Below are positions 33,054-47,900 of a stretch of 64,000 nucleotides of DNA, one piece after another (the first letter of the stretch is position 1; each line of letters begins with the position of its first letter). The position numbers and the translations under genes were made by a program. Where the stretch lies: contig NC_135665.1 in the NCBI RefSeq assembly GCF_964188315.1, forward strand, positions 30,132,001-30,196,000, given 5' to 3'. The notes beneath the pieces are model-generated. The model saw only the letters and a list, made by a program, of their open reading frames with translations, was not told the DNA's origin and ran no database searches. This DNA is from Podarcis muralis. Lineage: Eukaryota.

Positions 33054-34546
33054 AGTAATGGAAAGGACAACGGTTGCTAGGGAGATTTAACATATCTGAG
33101 TAGCAAAAATCTGCATGCAAATCTCTTGGATATTTAGACCAAATGAAACAACATACGCTGCTCACACTTAAACTACAAATGCAAGCCGTGTTGGTATACC
33201 CAGGCAAGTATCTGGAGTGTGTTGCATGAAGGTTAAACAATACAGTACTTAAAAGGTTTATGCAATACAGTAAAAGAAAACAGCGGTTTTTAATAGCTGC
33301 AAGCCCTTAGAAGAATAAGAAGGAAGTGTAGATGAATCTAGCATTACCCCGCACAATGTTAACCACTACCATACTACTAACTTCATTGGGGGGGGGGGTG
33401 TTAAAAAAACCCCACTTGTAAATTGCTGCACAAACCATTAATCCAAAGGAATTCAGGACCGTATCACACAATCATTAGTCACAAATGGCATCAGTATGGT
33501 GGGGACCTAAAATTGCATGTACTGTATCTCTTTTGTGTTCAGTAGTAACTGAGGGCATTGCCAGACTCGCTGTTTTGTGGGAGGAATTCAAATGCATTCC
33601 AAAACTTCAGGTTTCTACATTTAAGGTGGGTTAAAGGGTTATGTTGCTCTTGTACAACAAATCCACTTTTTAAAAAACTCAAGACTCTTTGTGGTTTTGA
33701 AAGTGACAGAAAAATGCACCGAAAAGTGGAGGGTGAACAAATGATTCCATGTAAACATAACCACAAGCAAAATGGAGGATGAATGCTAGGTATAATCTAA
33801 CCTTCCTATAAGCTTTGTGCAAACAAATCAGGATGAATGCAAATGGATCACCTAGAGGGAGCCTGAATGGATGTGCTTGCCCTTGTTCAGTCCTAAACTG
33901 TTAATACTGCACTTTGAAATGTTGTGTTCTGACCAAGAAAAATCCAGTTAGAAACACTCACAAAATGAATATTTTAACTAGGGCAGGAATACAGTAGCTT
34001 GCAAAGTACCCTGTGGATGCTGTTGGACTCCAATTCCCATCATCCCTGACTATGAACCATATGGGCTGGGGCTGATGGATGTGGTTTTCAATAACATATG
34101 GAAGCCCAAAGGTTAGCCACTCCAGTTAGGGCACTGCAAATACTATACTTGCTATTCCAAGTATAGTAATACAAATGCGTATAGTGCTTTCAGAGTGTTT
34201 TACATGCATCTAATTGTTATCCTTACAACACTGTATGACAAGCCACCAATTATTCCGCATATTGCATGCAACAGCGGAGAAAGAGTGGCTTGCCTAAGGC
34301 ACCTAGTGAGTTCATGGCAGTGACAAGATTGAAACCTGAGAATTCCTAATTCACAGCTAAGTCCTAGCCACTACAGTATATACTTTCCCACCTGTGAAAG
34401 TATAGTCTTGGAGCTAGTGCAGATGTAATAAGCAGCTTTTGCTTCTGTTTTCAGTTGACTGCTTTTTATTGCTTTGTCCAAAACCAAAACTCTGAATAAT
34501 CTTAACAAAGGTTTAGGGAAACAAGCAAATTGTCCTGCTCCAACCA

Positions 34547-35174
34547 TGTCAGGGCTTAGTTCTTAGGCAGAGGCTGGGGTAGCCCTGTCTGCTCCTGCAA
34601 CTAGGTGAAAAGCAGACTGAAGTCAAGGTGTAGTCCATGCCAAAGCACAATAAAAGCAGTCCATCAACAAGCCTAGCTCTAAAGGCAGGATCTAAGTAGA
34701 AGCCAGCAACAGAGGCCATCGGTCAAAAGGCAGGGCAGAATAGACAAGGTGGTTCAAAAGAGTTGCTAGATTTCAGTATGTGCTGTTCCAGCAGCTTCTA
34801 TAGTCTGGTCTCCCACACTTCACCCAAGACCCCTTACTATGAGTAGCTCTATAATTTTGGACTATCAGACATGTACTGTTTTGGTAGGTAGATGCCCAAA
34901 CCTGGACTTTCTGGGCTCTATGCTCTCCGGGGCTGGGAGATGGTTCGGTCTCCCCCTCTGAAAGGGGGATGAGTTGGGAACCCACCTCAAGAGTCCTTCT
35001 AGAGCAACCTCTGGACACAGGCATGGTGAGATTTCCCCTGGATGTTAAGGGCTTCTTATCAATGCTAGAGATGGTGGAGGGGTGGCGGTTTCCATTTATC
35101 CCCTAGGGTATCCTTAGCTCAGGGGCTTTGCTGGAAGAATACTTTTCCAAATCTTGGCAGGGCCCAGTGTGACA
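34547..35174. mobile_element. Possible solo-LTR-like insertion
   Basis: GC-richer block bounded by TGTCA...TGACA inverted ends; no clear TSD. Confidence 0.3.
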
Positions 35175-35689
35175 TCACATTCACAAAATGCAGCTTGACG
35201 TTGGTTGGTTTCTCTGAACCATAGTTGAGACTAAGAACAGTTTGCTGAGGTTTGAACATAATGGTGAACTGTGGTTAAAAATGGAAGGAAAAAATTTTGA
35301 TATCCCCTTTGTGGCTGTGCCAGAGGAGAAGGGAGATGGGAAGTGCAGACAAGGCTCATGCTAACAACCATAATTTAACATTATGTCCCAATAAGGCCAT
35401 TATATCAACATCCATGTTAATCACAGGTCACTTAGCAGGGATTCTTAACCAGAGTTGAAATCAGGTTCTGAAGCTGGCTAGCAAATCCTGGTTAACAGGC
35501 AACTGGGGCTAGCTAGTATTTATATCTTAGCAGAGTAGCTTTGTGTCGGGAAACGGGAGGGACGGGGATAGCATCTGACCCCACGTCCCATTTCAGTATC
35601 TGTTGCAGTAAGAGGTAACTGCTTATTGCACCCACACTGCCTCTTTACATTCAGGAGCAGATTGTCCATTCTAACTTTCTGCAGACATT

Positions 35690-35970
35690 TCACACAATTG
35701 TCTTCTCTTTAATCCATCTATCAATTGCATCCTCGTACTTCTTTGGGTCCTTCTTCCAGTTCTGGTGCCACCTGAGGTTAGCTAAGGTATCAGAATAGTT
35801 TTGTCCTAAACTTTGTTTCCAGTTGATAAACTCCTGTTTGTTGTACTGTTCAACAGAGGCAGAGACTTTGGGATAATCAACAATGGAGTAGAGTTTTTTG
35901 TTCAAATACTGTGTGATCTCTGGAAACTTGGTTGCTACGTTTGTTAGTTCATCTGGATCGGCAGAGAGAT
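35690..35970 (-). CDS. ARSK: ARSK exon 8
   Basis: Acceptor ttgcag; (D)LSADPDELTN...EKTIV*. Confidence 0.95.
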
Positions 35971-38900
35971 CTGCAACAAAGAACGATTAAGGCAAATTAA
36001 TGAGCCTGAACTTGAAAAAAGCAGTAGCGCAGCACTGGAGCATTTGTTTGGTGTGCAGAAGGTCTCCCAATTTCAATCCCCAGTATTCATTTTATTATTA
36101 TTATTTTGCTTTTATATCTCAGCTTTCTTCTAAGGAGCTCAAGGTGGTGTACATGGCTCTCCCATCTCCATATTATCCTCACAACAAAGCTGTGAAGTAG
36201 GTGAGGTTAAGAGATGGTGCCTGGCCCAAGGTCACCCAGCAAGATTCCTACCTGAGAAGGGATTTGAACCTTGGTTTCCCACATCTTAGTCCAACACTCT
36301 AACAGCTACATCACCCTAGTGTAGGCTGGGCTAAGAAAGCCCCCTGCCAGCCTGTACAGAGCAGGAGAAGGGAAACTTTCATCTGAAGGACCATACTGTG
36401 TTAGATACTGGAGGTGGTACATAGCTCCAACTTCCTTGAAATCCCCCTTTCAAGCCACCTGAGTTGGCAGCCATCACTACACCTCACAGTAACAAATTCC
36501 ATTAACTATGCGCTGCGTGGAAAAATACTCCTTTCCCTCCCCTCGAAACTCTCACCATTCAACTTTATTGGATGGTCCCAAATTCTAGTTTTATGAGAGG
36601 AAGAAAAATGTCTTCCACTTTCTCAACACCATGCATGCTTTTATATACCTCTCTCGTGTGCCACTTTACTCACCTTTAACAAACAAACCCCGAAAACCCT
36701 CAAATGTCATTACTTCTCATAGGTGAGTTGCTCCCTTGATGATTTTGGTAATGTACCCAGGCCTAGACTACAGCATGCCACCTTTTTGGACCTTAACCTC
36801 TTTGGTGCCTAGTCATCTGACCACATTGTCCAATTTGAGACGATGAAACCGTAGTGCAGTGGTCAAATTCAAACCCAGGTTTATGGGTTTAAGCAGACTG
36901 GGCTATGCACAGTTGAGACATTAAAGAGACAACTGTCCTACCTGTCTCAGACTTTGGCCAGTGATTCTAGTGTCTTCAGACTGCACTTTTGCTGTTTCCA
37001 ACAGTGCAGTGCATTGACTGCAGAACTGTGTTTTGATTTAACTGACACATTTTGTTTGTACAAACTTGCTTTGTTGCAAAGGAGGGTGCTGATCCTTATG
37101 AAGAATGGGATGCTAATTACTATCACTACTACTTTACTACACTGCTTCTCTGCTCTTCTGGTGAACCACACAAGACATGATGCAGCAACAATTAATCATA
37201 TGTCTGGTAGTTTGTGTTGCTTCAAGACAGGAGCTACATAGTTTGATTTGTGCCTCCCTATGAGATACTCATGTGTGGCGCTGTGGGTTAAACCACAGAG
37301 CCTAGGACTTGCTGATCAGAAGGTCGGCGGTTCAAATCCCCGCGATGGGGTGAGCTCCCATTGCTCGGTCCCTGCTCCTGCCAACCTAGCAGTGCAAGTA
37401 GATAAATAGGTACCGCTCCGGTGGGAAGGGAAACGGCGTTTCTGTGCGCTGCTCTGGTTCGCCAGAAGCAGCTTAGTCATGCTGGCCCCATGACCCGGAA
37501 GCTGTACGCCGGCTCCCTCGGCCAATAAAGCGAGATAAGCGCCGCAACCCCAGAGTCGGCCACTACTGGACCTAATGGTCAGGGGTCCCTTTACCTTTAC
37601 CTTATGATACTCGTGTGGACCAGAACAGAGGATCAGACTGTACATTAATCAAGTAGCAAACGTACCAAACAGCTGAGGAGATACTGAACGACCATCTGAG
37701 TATGCTATGTATTTCCATTTGTCAGTTCTCAGCATGTAGGTCGAAGAATTCACATTGCAGCCATGGAATTCACTCAGAATCCAAGTAGGATGTTGCTTTC
37801 TAGTTGGGACTTTATCTTCTGCCTGTTTCAATACCAGGGGCATCAGTGAATATCCACTGAGATTTTTTGGTATGGGTATTCCAGCCACGTCTGAAATTGA
37901 AATTGTGACTTAAGTCAATTTGTTTTTAAAATTTGGTATTTACATTATTTAAAAAGAATTAAACATAATTAAAAGAAAAGGCAGAAATATATAAAACCAA
38001 CAAGGAAATAAATTATACACTATGTCAACCATTGCAACTTGTCCTTTGACCTTTATAGTGATATTTCTGATCCTCTTATCTTTGCATTTATATTAAGTCC
38101 AAGATGCCTCTTACATTTTCTTACTGCAGAATTAATACTAGCTACCTAGGGAAATTATTTCCACAAAACTTCAGTTCTGTTCTAACCATTAGCAGTTTAT
38201 TTGTTACTTTTAAGCAACTCATATGCGATGCAAAAGAGACAGATAGCAAGATTTTTAAGTCACTGAAATTAAACCTAACATCTTTCTGAACTAAGGGTGG
38301 CATCTAATTGCAGTGTCCTGTTTGCACAAGTAAGACTTACCCTTCCTTCTCCCTGAAGCCCCCCCATCTGCCTAATTTAAACAACCTTTAAGATGGAAGT
38401 ACAACACCATAGGTTGCATCCAGTGCTGTCACTGCACAAATGGAACAGACATCCACTTGTGCAATTGAACTTCCTGTCCCTTTCCATCCCTGCATATCTT
38501 CAAAAACATGCTTCAGAGGGCTGAGGAACCCTCTGGAGTGATTTTTTTTTGGGGGGGGGGTCCGTACAAAGAGAAATACAGGATGGCAAAATCTGCTGCA
38601 GGAATAAAAGTCTGTTTGTGCCATGTTAGATACACCACCACACCTTTAAGGGAAATTGTTAAGAAGTGACACATACATGTACGGAAACAAACTGTAAAAT
38701 CAAATGGCAAGGCACACAGACAGAGACTATATTCCTATCTACTACAGATAAGGTCAGAGCTTACTTCATCAGTCGGAGTGTCTGAGAAAATAACATTAAT
38801 CATTTGTTTGTTACTCACCTAAATAAATTAATCATTTTTGATTTTTTTTTTGTATTTTTTTAATATGCTGAATACAGGAAGGAAGAACCAGGAGAGAACA

Positions 38901-41900
38901 TATGGAGAATGAGAGCACAGGAAGGACGGTGATTTAAAAATACAAACTTCAAGAAAAGAGAGGGGGGAATTAAGACAGTTGGAACAAGAAGGTAGGGGCT
39001 GAGATTTGTTTAAGAGACTGTGTGACTCATTCATTAGTAATGTTAAACTAAAGTCTCTAGTTAGAATATAGGGTTTGAACTGAAAGTACTAACTATTTTC
39101 CAGCAGTTTAGAAATCCCCAACTTCTTGGCGACCTTTCAGTGATTCCTTCATAAGAGCTCACCTATTCAGAAGGCTTTGCCCTCACCTCTGAATTGACCC
39201 AATTTTCCTTCCGTAATACAGTACTGTCATGTCAAATACAGTTAACTATGAAGCATGGCCATCTTATCATGTTCACAATGTGATTCCCAATTGGTTAGGA
39301 TTGCCCATGTGACCGGTCTAGGAAGCATCATCCTCACACTCATTAATTTTATGCTGCTGCACTTCCATAAAACTGTACCATGTGCCTTCAGACAATGCCA
39401 GGGCAAGCAAATTAGCTTTGTTTCTCTCAGTAAAATCAAATTGGCTATGCAATATTACAAGATCCTATTTACTAAATGACCCCTAGACAACTGAATACAT
39501 TTTTGTTCCGATGAACTTTCCCAGTTGGATAAATTGTTCTTTACTGTGGGTGTCTACTTTGCTAGGGTTTCAGTACTGTCTTTATGTATTTGCTGTTTTG
39601 GTGTTTTTAAGTGTTGTTAATACTCTTATGTGTAAATGGTTGTTCAGAAGGCAATGAATAAATCAAAGATGATGACGATAATAGGTGGGATAACTCATGT
39701 CACTGATCCAGGTAGCAATGATCCCAGTTTCACATTGATTTCTTGTCCTCAGCGATGTCACATAGCTAAATCTAACAAGTTTCTTAGTGCCTTGACAACA
39801 TTCAGGTCACTATGTGGCCTGTGATTAGTCTAGGATTGCCTGTGTGATTAAGTCTAGGAAGAAGAAGCAATACTCAGAAATTTGGTGGGAAGGAAATCAA
39901 GCTGCAGCAGACAGAACAACCAACAGCAACAAACATGACTGTAAAAAGGCAAATATTCCCACAATTAAAAGGGTTTCTTTTCTCCAGGAAATATTTCTCA
40001 TCCTTCCCGCAAATGGGACACTTTTGACGCAGAAACGGAAATAAGGCAGAATACATTATTTTCCACGTTCCAGGTGTTTATAATTTCAGAAGGATTTTGA
40101 GAGTCTCATTATTTCATTCAGGATTTTTTTAAAAAAAAAAAAAATCATTTCCCCCATTATTAAAACATTCAGTAATATCTCATTTTGGAAATGACTGGAG
40201 CTCTGCGGAAACCTTCATGCCCACCTGCCTAAATATATATCCCGTTACATGTCCTTTGAGCACACTATTTTTTTTAAAGTGTGATTTTTATATCTGTGCA
40301 GAGCAGTGTAAGTATCATTCTGGCGATGCGTGCATGAAACAAGAGTGGCCTCGGTGCACATGTCGACAAAAATACACTATTCATATAAACTAACGTTAAA
40401 TCAAAGGAGGTGAAACTGACTGGGGCATCTCCAAATTTTGGCTTTATTGATCAGTGTCGGATCCTTTAAATGTCCCTTCTTTGCAAGCTGAGCAGTAAAC
40501 CACAACATGGTGTAGGCATGTTGGGGAAGTTATCTGACAGTAGTGACACCATGGTTGCTAGTCAGCCATGCTTGAAAACCAGGGGTGGCTAACCTGTGCT
40601 CTTCCAGACGTTCTTGGACTCCAACTCCCACAGGCCTCAACCAGCATGACCAAAGGTAAGGGATGATGGGAGCTGTAGTCCAGCAACTTCTAGACAGTCC
40701 CAGGTGAGCCGCTCGTGCTTTTAAGCCATCTCCTGCAATCATATGTTAGCAAAGGGAATGGTTTTAAATATTTTTTTTATCCCTGCTGGTCATATGAAGT
40801 GAGCTTGCTATTCCAACAGAAATATTGCTTACCGAGCATGGTAGGGTAGATATCCACAAGGGACACCACATTGGGGACGAATTGCAGCTTAATATTCGGT
40901 CCCATTATAAGGAGAGGAACATGGGAGCTTGCTTCGTACATGCTCATTTTGTAAAACTGCCTGTGTTCCATGGCAAGTTCTCCATGATCTGCAGTGAATA
41001 CGACAAGAGTCCTTCTGAGTAGTCCTGTGTCATTTAGAGCAGAAATTATCTCACCTGCAACAAAATATAAGGGAGGGTTAATGCACAAACATCAAAATAT
41101 TCATTAAACATTGACATGCATAAAAATAGTTTTTAGATGTCACAAGGAGGTAGCTCTTCTGCCAGTGCAATGAAAGCACTAGATCACATTGCCTGTGTTC
41201 TCATTTATACAGAAGTCGTTGCTGTTTCAAGGATTCCAAAGAAAAGTCCTCTGGGAGGATGGAGAGAAGCTGATTATGGGAGATCATGAGGGGCAGTTTA
41301 TTTTCTCCTTGAGAACTCTGAATAAGTTCCTTCCACAGCTAAATATCAGCGTGCACAACTGTGGCTTCCATACTTCCAGAAATCTCCATCTGAAATGCTG
41401 CATTTTGCTAATCTGTTGCTAAACACCCACAGTTATCCACTTTTAGAAGCTCACATTTAAGTCTACCATACAAATCTCAAAGTATGCTTTAATAGTCTGA
41501 AACTTGCAAGAGTTTTTAAAACTGCACTGAATCCCATTTAAAGTGGTGCACATGCTCAGATGCAAGATTTAGGCCACAACCCTATACATACTTACATGGG
41601 CATAGCTGGGGGGGCAGGGAGGGGCAGCTACCCCCCCCCATAATAAATAGAAATCAATCAAATACATAGCAAACTGAGGTTCTGCCCCCCTCCCAACAAA
41701 AGGCCTGCCCCTCTTAACAAAAGGTCTGTCCCCACAACAAAAAATCCTGGCTACCCCATGCATACTTATTTGGATGTAAGCTCCACTGAACACAATGGGA
41801 CTTGCTTATGAGTGTACCTAGGATTTGAGTTGTCAATATCTGGGTTCGTTGTAGTTCTCTTGACTTCACCCAAAGTGTTTATTATAATGTATGAAACTGT

Positions 41901-44900
41901 CAAATTTCTCCTGAATTTCTACATACGCTAAGCGTTTTCAAAGAAGTTACAACTACTGGCATGGATTGTAATAACTGATCAGTAAGCCCAAAACATGGAG
42001 ATTTTCCATACTGCTCATAGATCACCAAAGAGACAGCAGGGCACCAAAATTCTACCCAAAGAAAATGCTTGACCTAAGCTCCTTCTCGCTTCTGTTCTCC
42101 ATCTCTCTCATTACACTTAGGCTTTTAGGAATTAAAGCTGGAATTCTCAGAATGCCAAATTCTGCAGCAGATGGGAACAGCATTCCAGATGTGAAGCCAA
42201 CATATAAAAAGAAGATTCATAATAACTGAGAGGATTCCTCACTCTACCTCACTTCAGTTTCAGTAGATGTTCCTTGACAATTTTTCTGCTCTTCTGGCAA
42301 TAACAATATAAAAATGCTACAGTGTCAGAATTGATGTGCTTGAATATCCTTTCATTTCCAACCTCTTCCCCCAAAACAGCCATCTCAGAATATTATTTCC
42401 ATAAAGTACATGTCTTACATGTATTAAGCCACAGAGAACAAATACACCAGAATAATTACATTCCCTCCCCAATGACACTCCTGTCAGAATTGTACTGCAG
42501 GCATGACAACACTCAACACTCCCTTTGCAGCACTTTCTGCTACAGATGTTTGGTAAAGGTAAAGGTACCCCTGTCCATTAGGTCCAGTCGCGGACGACTC
42601 TGGGGTTGCGGCACTTATCTCGCTCTATAGGCCGAAGGAGCCGGCGTTTGTCCACAAACAGCTTCTGGGTCATGTGGCCAGCATGACTCAGCTGCTTCTG
42701 GCGAACCAGAGCAGCACACGGAAATGCTGTTTACCTTCCTGTCAGAGTGGTACCTATTTATCTACTTGCACTTTGACATGCTTTCGAACTGCTAGGAGGG
42801 CAGTAGCTGGGACCAAACAACAGGAACTCACCCTGTCACGGGGATTCAAACCGGCAACCTTCTGATCAGCAAGCCCTAGGCTCTGTGGTTTAGACCACAG
42901 CACCACCCGTGTCCCTCAGATGTTTGGTACAGACATCTAAAACCAGGTTAATGTCATTTATGTGGTGGTGGCCAAGACCTGGTCTCAGGAAGATGTACAT
43001 GGGGCAGAACCACATGAATGATGCCTTGTGTGACACATGCAAAAGCCCACCTCCTTTCCTCAAAGGAGTTGCAGAGTCATGCAGCTCAGATATATCGGAT
43101 GATATCCAGCCTGAATCAAGAGTAGACCCATTGAAATAAAGTTGGTCAAGTCCATTTATTTCAGTGGGTCTACTAAGTTTGACTTAGTTGAATATCCTCA
43201 CAGTACAGAGCTACATTTGTAAACATAATTGCTTGGCTCACATAATACATTATTTGCATTAAGATTGCTGTGTACACTCCTGAGATTGTGTCCTGGCCTC
43301 TTGCATTTTGCCAGGCAAAACAAGGAAGTGGCTACCCTTCTGCGCAGCTGTACCTTCCTCCGGGAAGATCTTGCGAGAGTTCTGTGAGATCTTGCTGGAA
43401 GAAGATGCAGCTGCCATTGCAGCTGCGCAACCACAGGGGTGGGGGCACCACAGGGGTGGGGGCACCACCCCACAGGATTCTGCTGCCTGAGGCAGCTGCT
43501 TCAGCCTACCTCATGGGTGGGCTGGTCCTAGTCCTGGCCTCTGCAACTGAAATGACATTACCATAGTCCTTAATACATGAACTGAGACATATTGTTTTCT
43601 TCATGGATCAGATTCTAACCTTGTAGGTTGAGTATGATAGAAGTTTTATTAAATAATAGATTAAAGAAACCCCAACAGAAAACATCTAGTTGTTACTTTC
43701 TGGAAAAAATCTTTTTACGCGAAGCTTAGCTATGAAAAATATATAGGCTGAAGTTCTAAGACTTTGAATAATGCATAATTAGGATTGTAGCCTCTACATG
43801 GCTAGAATCAGGGAAGAAAACTATCTTTGCAGTAATAGTATTGAGAAATACATTATGATATTAGTAAGATAATCAGGATATCACTTACCAAGCATTGCAT
43901 CCGTTTCTGCACACATGGCATAATAATGTGCTCGGATATCTCTGATTTCTTTCTCTGTAAATTTCTCTGTGCAGTTCTTTGTATAAGAGGAATAGTAATC
44001 TACTGGGTGCATCTCTGAAAATGGAAGCCATTTTGGAATTTTGATGGCTTCGTATCTCACCTAGTAAAAAGGGGGGGAAATTGTCAAAAGGTAACTATTA
44101 TCACCATCCAATTTGCCACCAGCCCAAGGTAGACATACTGACTGAACATGAGGACTCCATGTTTTATAAATGAGGGGAGAAGAAGAGGGGAAGGCCCCAT
44201 TGCGCAAGCAGAAGTCCTCGAACAGGGCTTGTGATGATGTGACTTCTTAGGTGACTCCTGCCCAATGCATTATTTACAGAGCGGGACCAAAGTGCATAGT
44301 TCTTTACAGAGAACAAGAGCACAGGATCCTGTCCTGAGGGGAGTGCAATCTGTAATATGACCCAGAGGAAGAGGAGGGAAATGGAGACAGGGATAAACAG
44401 ATATGTTCAGTTGCACATACTTAGGCATAGTTAGAGAATGCCATGAAGACTAGGGACTTGTGCCAAAAAGCTTTGCAGAGAAAGTACACTTTGAGGAAGG
44501 TGTCCAGGGTGGTATTCAATGAAGGGTAACACAAAGTACCCTTATTGAAATCAGTGGGCCTAACTTACTCATGTTCACTAACTACAATGTATGTACTCAG
44601 GGGAAAACTTAGTCGAATACCACCTCCAATCTGCTTCTCAATAGGTTAGAACATTGGTGTAAGGAGAGAGTCCTTGACCCACTGCTGTTCTTATCAGAGA
44701 TCTGTGCAGCAAAATGTAGCATGTGCTTAGAGGCAATACTCCAGGCATTACCACTACACTTGGTGCTTTTTTCCTGCCTGTGCAATTCATTTAGGTAAAG
44801 AGTTGGATCTGCTACAGCTTGCTTCCATAAGGTTCAGTTAGATTTTAGGAGATTATCACAGCCTTCCACCGCAATGACTTCTTCTTTTGCAGCCAGAAGC

Positions 44901-47900
44901 TTCTTCCGGTTCCACTATCCCCTCACTAACTATACTAACGCTTACACAAATCGTCTACAAGAAAGACTTTTCCTAAAAAATTGAACGTGTGGTCTTCCCT
45001 TGCTCACCGCAGTGCCTGCGTCTAGGAACAAAGCCACACGTCTTAAGGATGGCTCCAGCTGATACCTTACAGACCATCTGCTTAGCAACATAGCGTACTG
45101 TGAGACCATCATGTTGATGCACTGCTTTGAATTGATTCAGCAAATGAGAGAGCTTGATTCAGCGCTAAGCTCCATTCCAACTTAGACAGGTCATTGCTGC
45201 AACCCCAAGAACTACACAATTAATTCTGTGTGCCCAGCAGGACTTCCAATGGTGCATACACATAAACACGACGGCAATCCAATATTCAAAGCAAAAGTCA
45301 AAGTGTGACATATTGCATAGAAACCCATGGCTCACAGAAAAAAACTCCTTTGAACTCAAATCACTGTAGTATATTAGCTTGATAGCAATCCTCTGGAAGT
45401 GAATATCCAATTATTATTTTTGTAGAACATGTATTTGAGTTCATGTTCATATTTAGGCTTCAATGTTAGTTGAAGCCGCTGATTCAACTACAGTGGTACC
45501 TCGGTTGTCAAACGTAATCTGTTCCGGAAGACCGTTCGACTTCTGAAATGTTCGACAACCGAGGCGCAATGGGCGGTCGGCCAATTCCATGGAGAAAATT
45601 GAGAAATGCACCTCGGAAGCTATTCGACTTCTGAGGCACGTTTGAAAATGGAAGAATTCACTTTCAGGTTTTCGGCATTCAAAAACCAAAATGTTCGGCT
45701 TCCGAGACGCTTGAAAACCGAGGTACCACTGTACTGCTTCTGGGCAAATGCGTTCAAGTTAATTGTCATCAATGGAGACAATGTCACAGCTAGAGAAATG
45801 GACAGTGCTTATTGGTTGCTGTGAGGCAACAGCACAGGAGGTCTACCCTATTGCACTGCTTGGAAGCATGTGATTGGCTACTATGAGAATCAGGATGCTG
45901 TAAAAACGATGCATGTTTGGTTTGATCCAGCCGGGTTCTTGACTTCTTAGATGTTCACAGCTGTCCCCTCAGAAAACTCTGGAGCGAACAAAAGACTATT
46001 TTTGTCTGGCTCCAGTTTTTCCATGGAAAACAATATAACCAAACATTCACCTGAAGAAATCCCGTCAATTAGTGCCCGAGATACTACAGCCAGCTAGGTT
46101 TTGTATGAAAATGTAGTAAATAGATGCTTCAAGGAAATTCAGAATCCACACATACAACAGAAGATAAATATGATTGCAATAATGGCTTTCTTTTTCAGCT
46201 CACAGGAATGGGGAAGCCACAGTACACAATATGTACATTGTATAATCCACATTATGGTATACTCCAGAACATACCACCCATACTTCTCATTAGGCATTCC
46301 AACACACAATTATGGGGTGGATCCTAGCAGAAGGCACATAACCAGGGCTTTTTTTCAGCCAGAACTCACTGGAACGGAGTTCGCACACCTCTCAGATGGG
46401 CACCATTGCCATTATAAGAGAACCAGGGAGGCATTCATGGTGAGTTCTGCCACCTCTTTTTCTAGAAAAATAACACTGCACATAACTTTCCTCCCATTGG
46501 GCCTCTCCTGTGCCAACAGTCAAAAGCCATCTCTGCGGCTCATGCTGGCCATGAGGTTGTCCCTGCCACACAGAGGGATGAAAGGTGACCTGAGAAGAGT
46601 GAAGAAATTGGTTGCACGCGGTTCCCAAGCTAAGAACAACTTCATGTTCTCCCTAGTATAAGGATATTCAGGGACTAGAGCTATGACAAAAAATCTAGCA
46701 GAGAACCTAGAAAACGGAATACAAGGTGTACACTTTCTGAGGTTATTGTACTTCACTAGCTCAATACAGGTCCCTTGGAGTGGATGACAACAGGAAAAAA
46801 GGAGTAATCAAGAAATCATTCAAACAGCTGAAATTCTAAGACATTGCAATGATGGAGACTAAAATTGAGCACTATTCTCATTATATATAAAAAAAGTAAA
46901 CCATGCGCTGAAGATGCTTTTGTGAAGAAATGGTTGTTTCCTTTAAAATATTCTGCTGAATTACAGGGTTACACTGCCATTTAAGCAGTGGGAGCCATGG
47001 CAACCAGTCTGGAGAGTTTTGTGTGACCATTGTAAAAACAGAACCTGGAAACAACTCAGATGGAATACAAATAAACAGGAAGAGCTGACTCCCCCTCACA
47101 GAAAGAAACCATGTATGCCATCTTGAACTCATTGGAGGAAATGTGGGATAGAAATGTAATGCACAAATAAAATAAAGAGCATCTTTACATCACAAGCTTA
47201 AACTGGTTTTATTAGTCATTCTCAGGGCTTTGTTTTTCAGTCAGAACTCGTTGGGACTCACTTCTCAGGTGGGCGCCATTGCCATTCTAAGAGAATGGTG
47301 AGTTCCGGCACCATTTTTTTCTAGAAAAATAGCATGGGTCTTTCCATTTATCCAGGGAACCACGAGCATAGCGGTTTTTAACAGGAAGGACGTAGGACTA
47401 GATATTCTGAAAAGCGAATTCTCAGCACTATCACCCTACTATAATTCCTGGGGGGCCAAGGAGATTACAGTTTAGTATAAAAACATAAGTACATATCTGC
47501 TGTACTACTTACTTATCAAACCTTTATTAGGCATTATACAAATAAAACGATAAAAGAGAAAATAACATATAAAAGCCTTGAAATATATACAGAAAGGCAG
47601 CAGTTGGCTACATACATATATATATATATATATACATATAAAATCAGTGGTTTTCCTTGTTAACCTGCTCTTTGGAGAACTGCTACCAAAAACTCGGCTA
47701 CCCCCGCCGTTACCCTTTGGTCAACGTCGGATAGGCAGAATCCCACACATTCACCTTGCTGGGGTTCCAGACCACCCAAAAGAGGGGACAGCACGCGTTG
47801 ACGGAGCGTACTGTACAATGGGCAATGAAAGAGAATATGCTCTACCGTGTCCGGGACATTCATAGAACATCTGCAGAATCTCTTGTTTCTAGGAATGTTT

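Noticed and set aside
43432-43470. G-run 17-mer duplication (CCACAGGGGTGGGGGCA x2), possible G-quadruplex
   Set aside because: Short duplication within a repeat-like intronic block; nothing supports a function.
46101-46661. 186-aa ORF in ARSK intron 4
   Set aside because: Runs through a dispersed repeat (46344-46480, similar to 47223-47335); no domain recognised.
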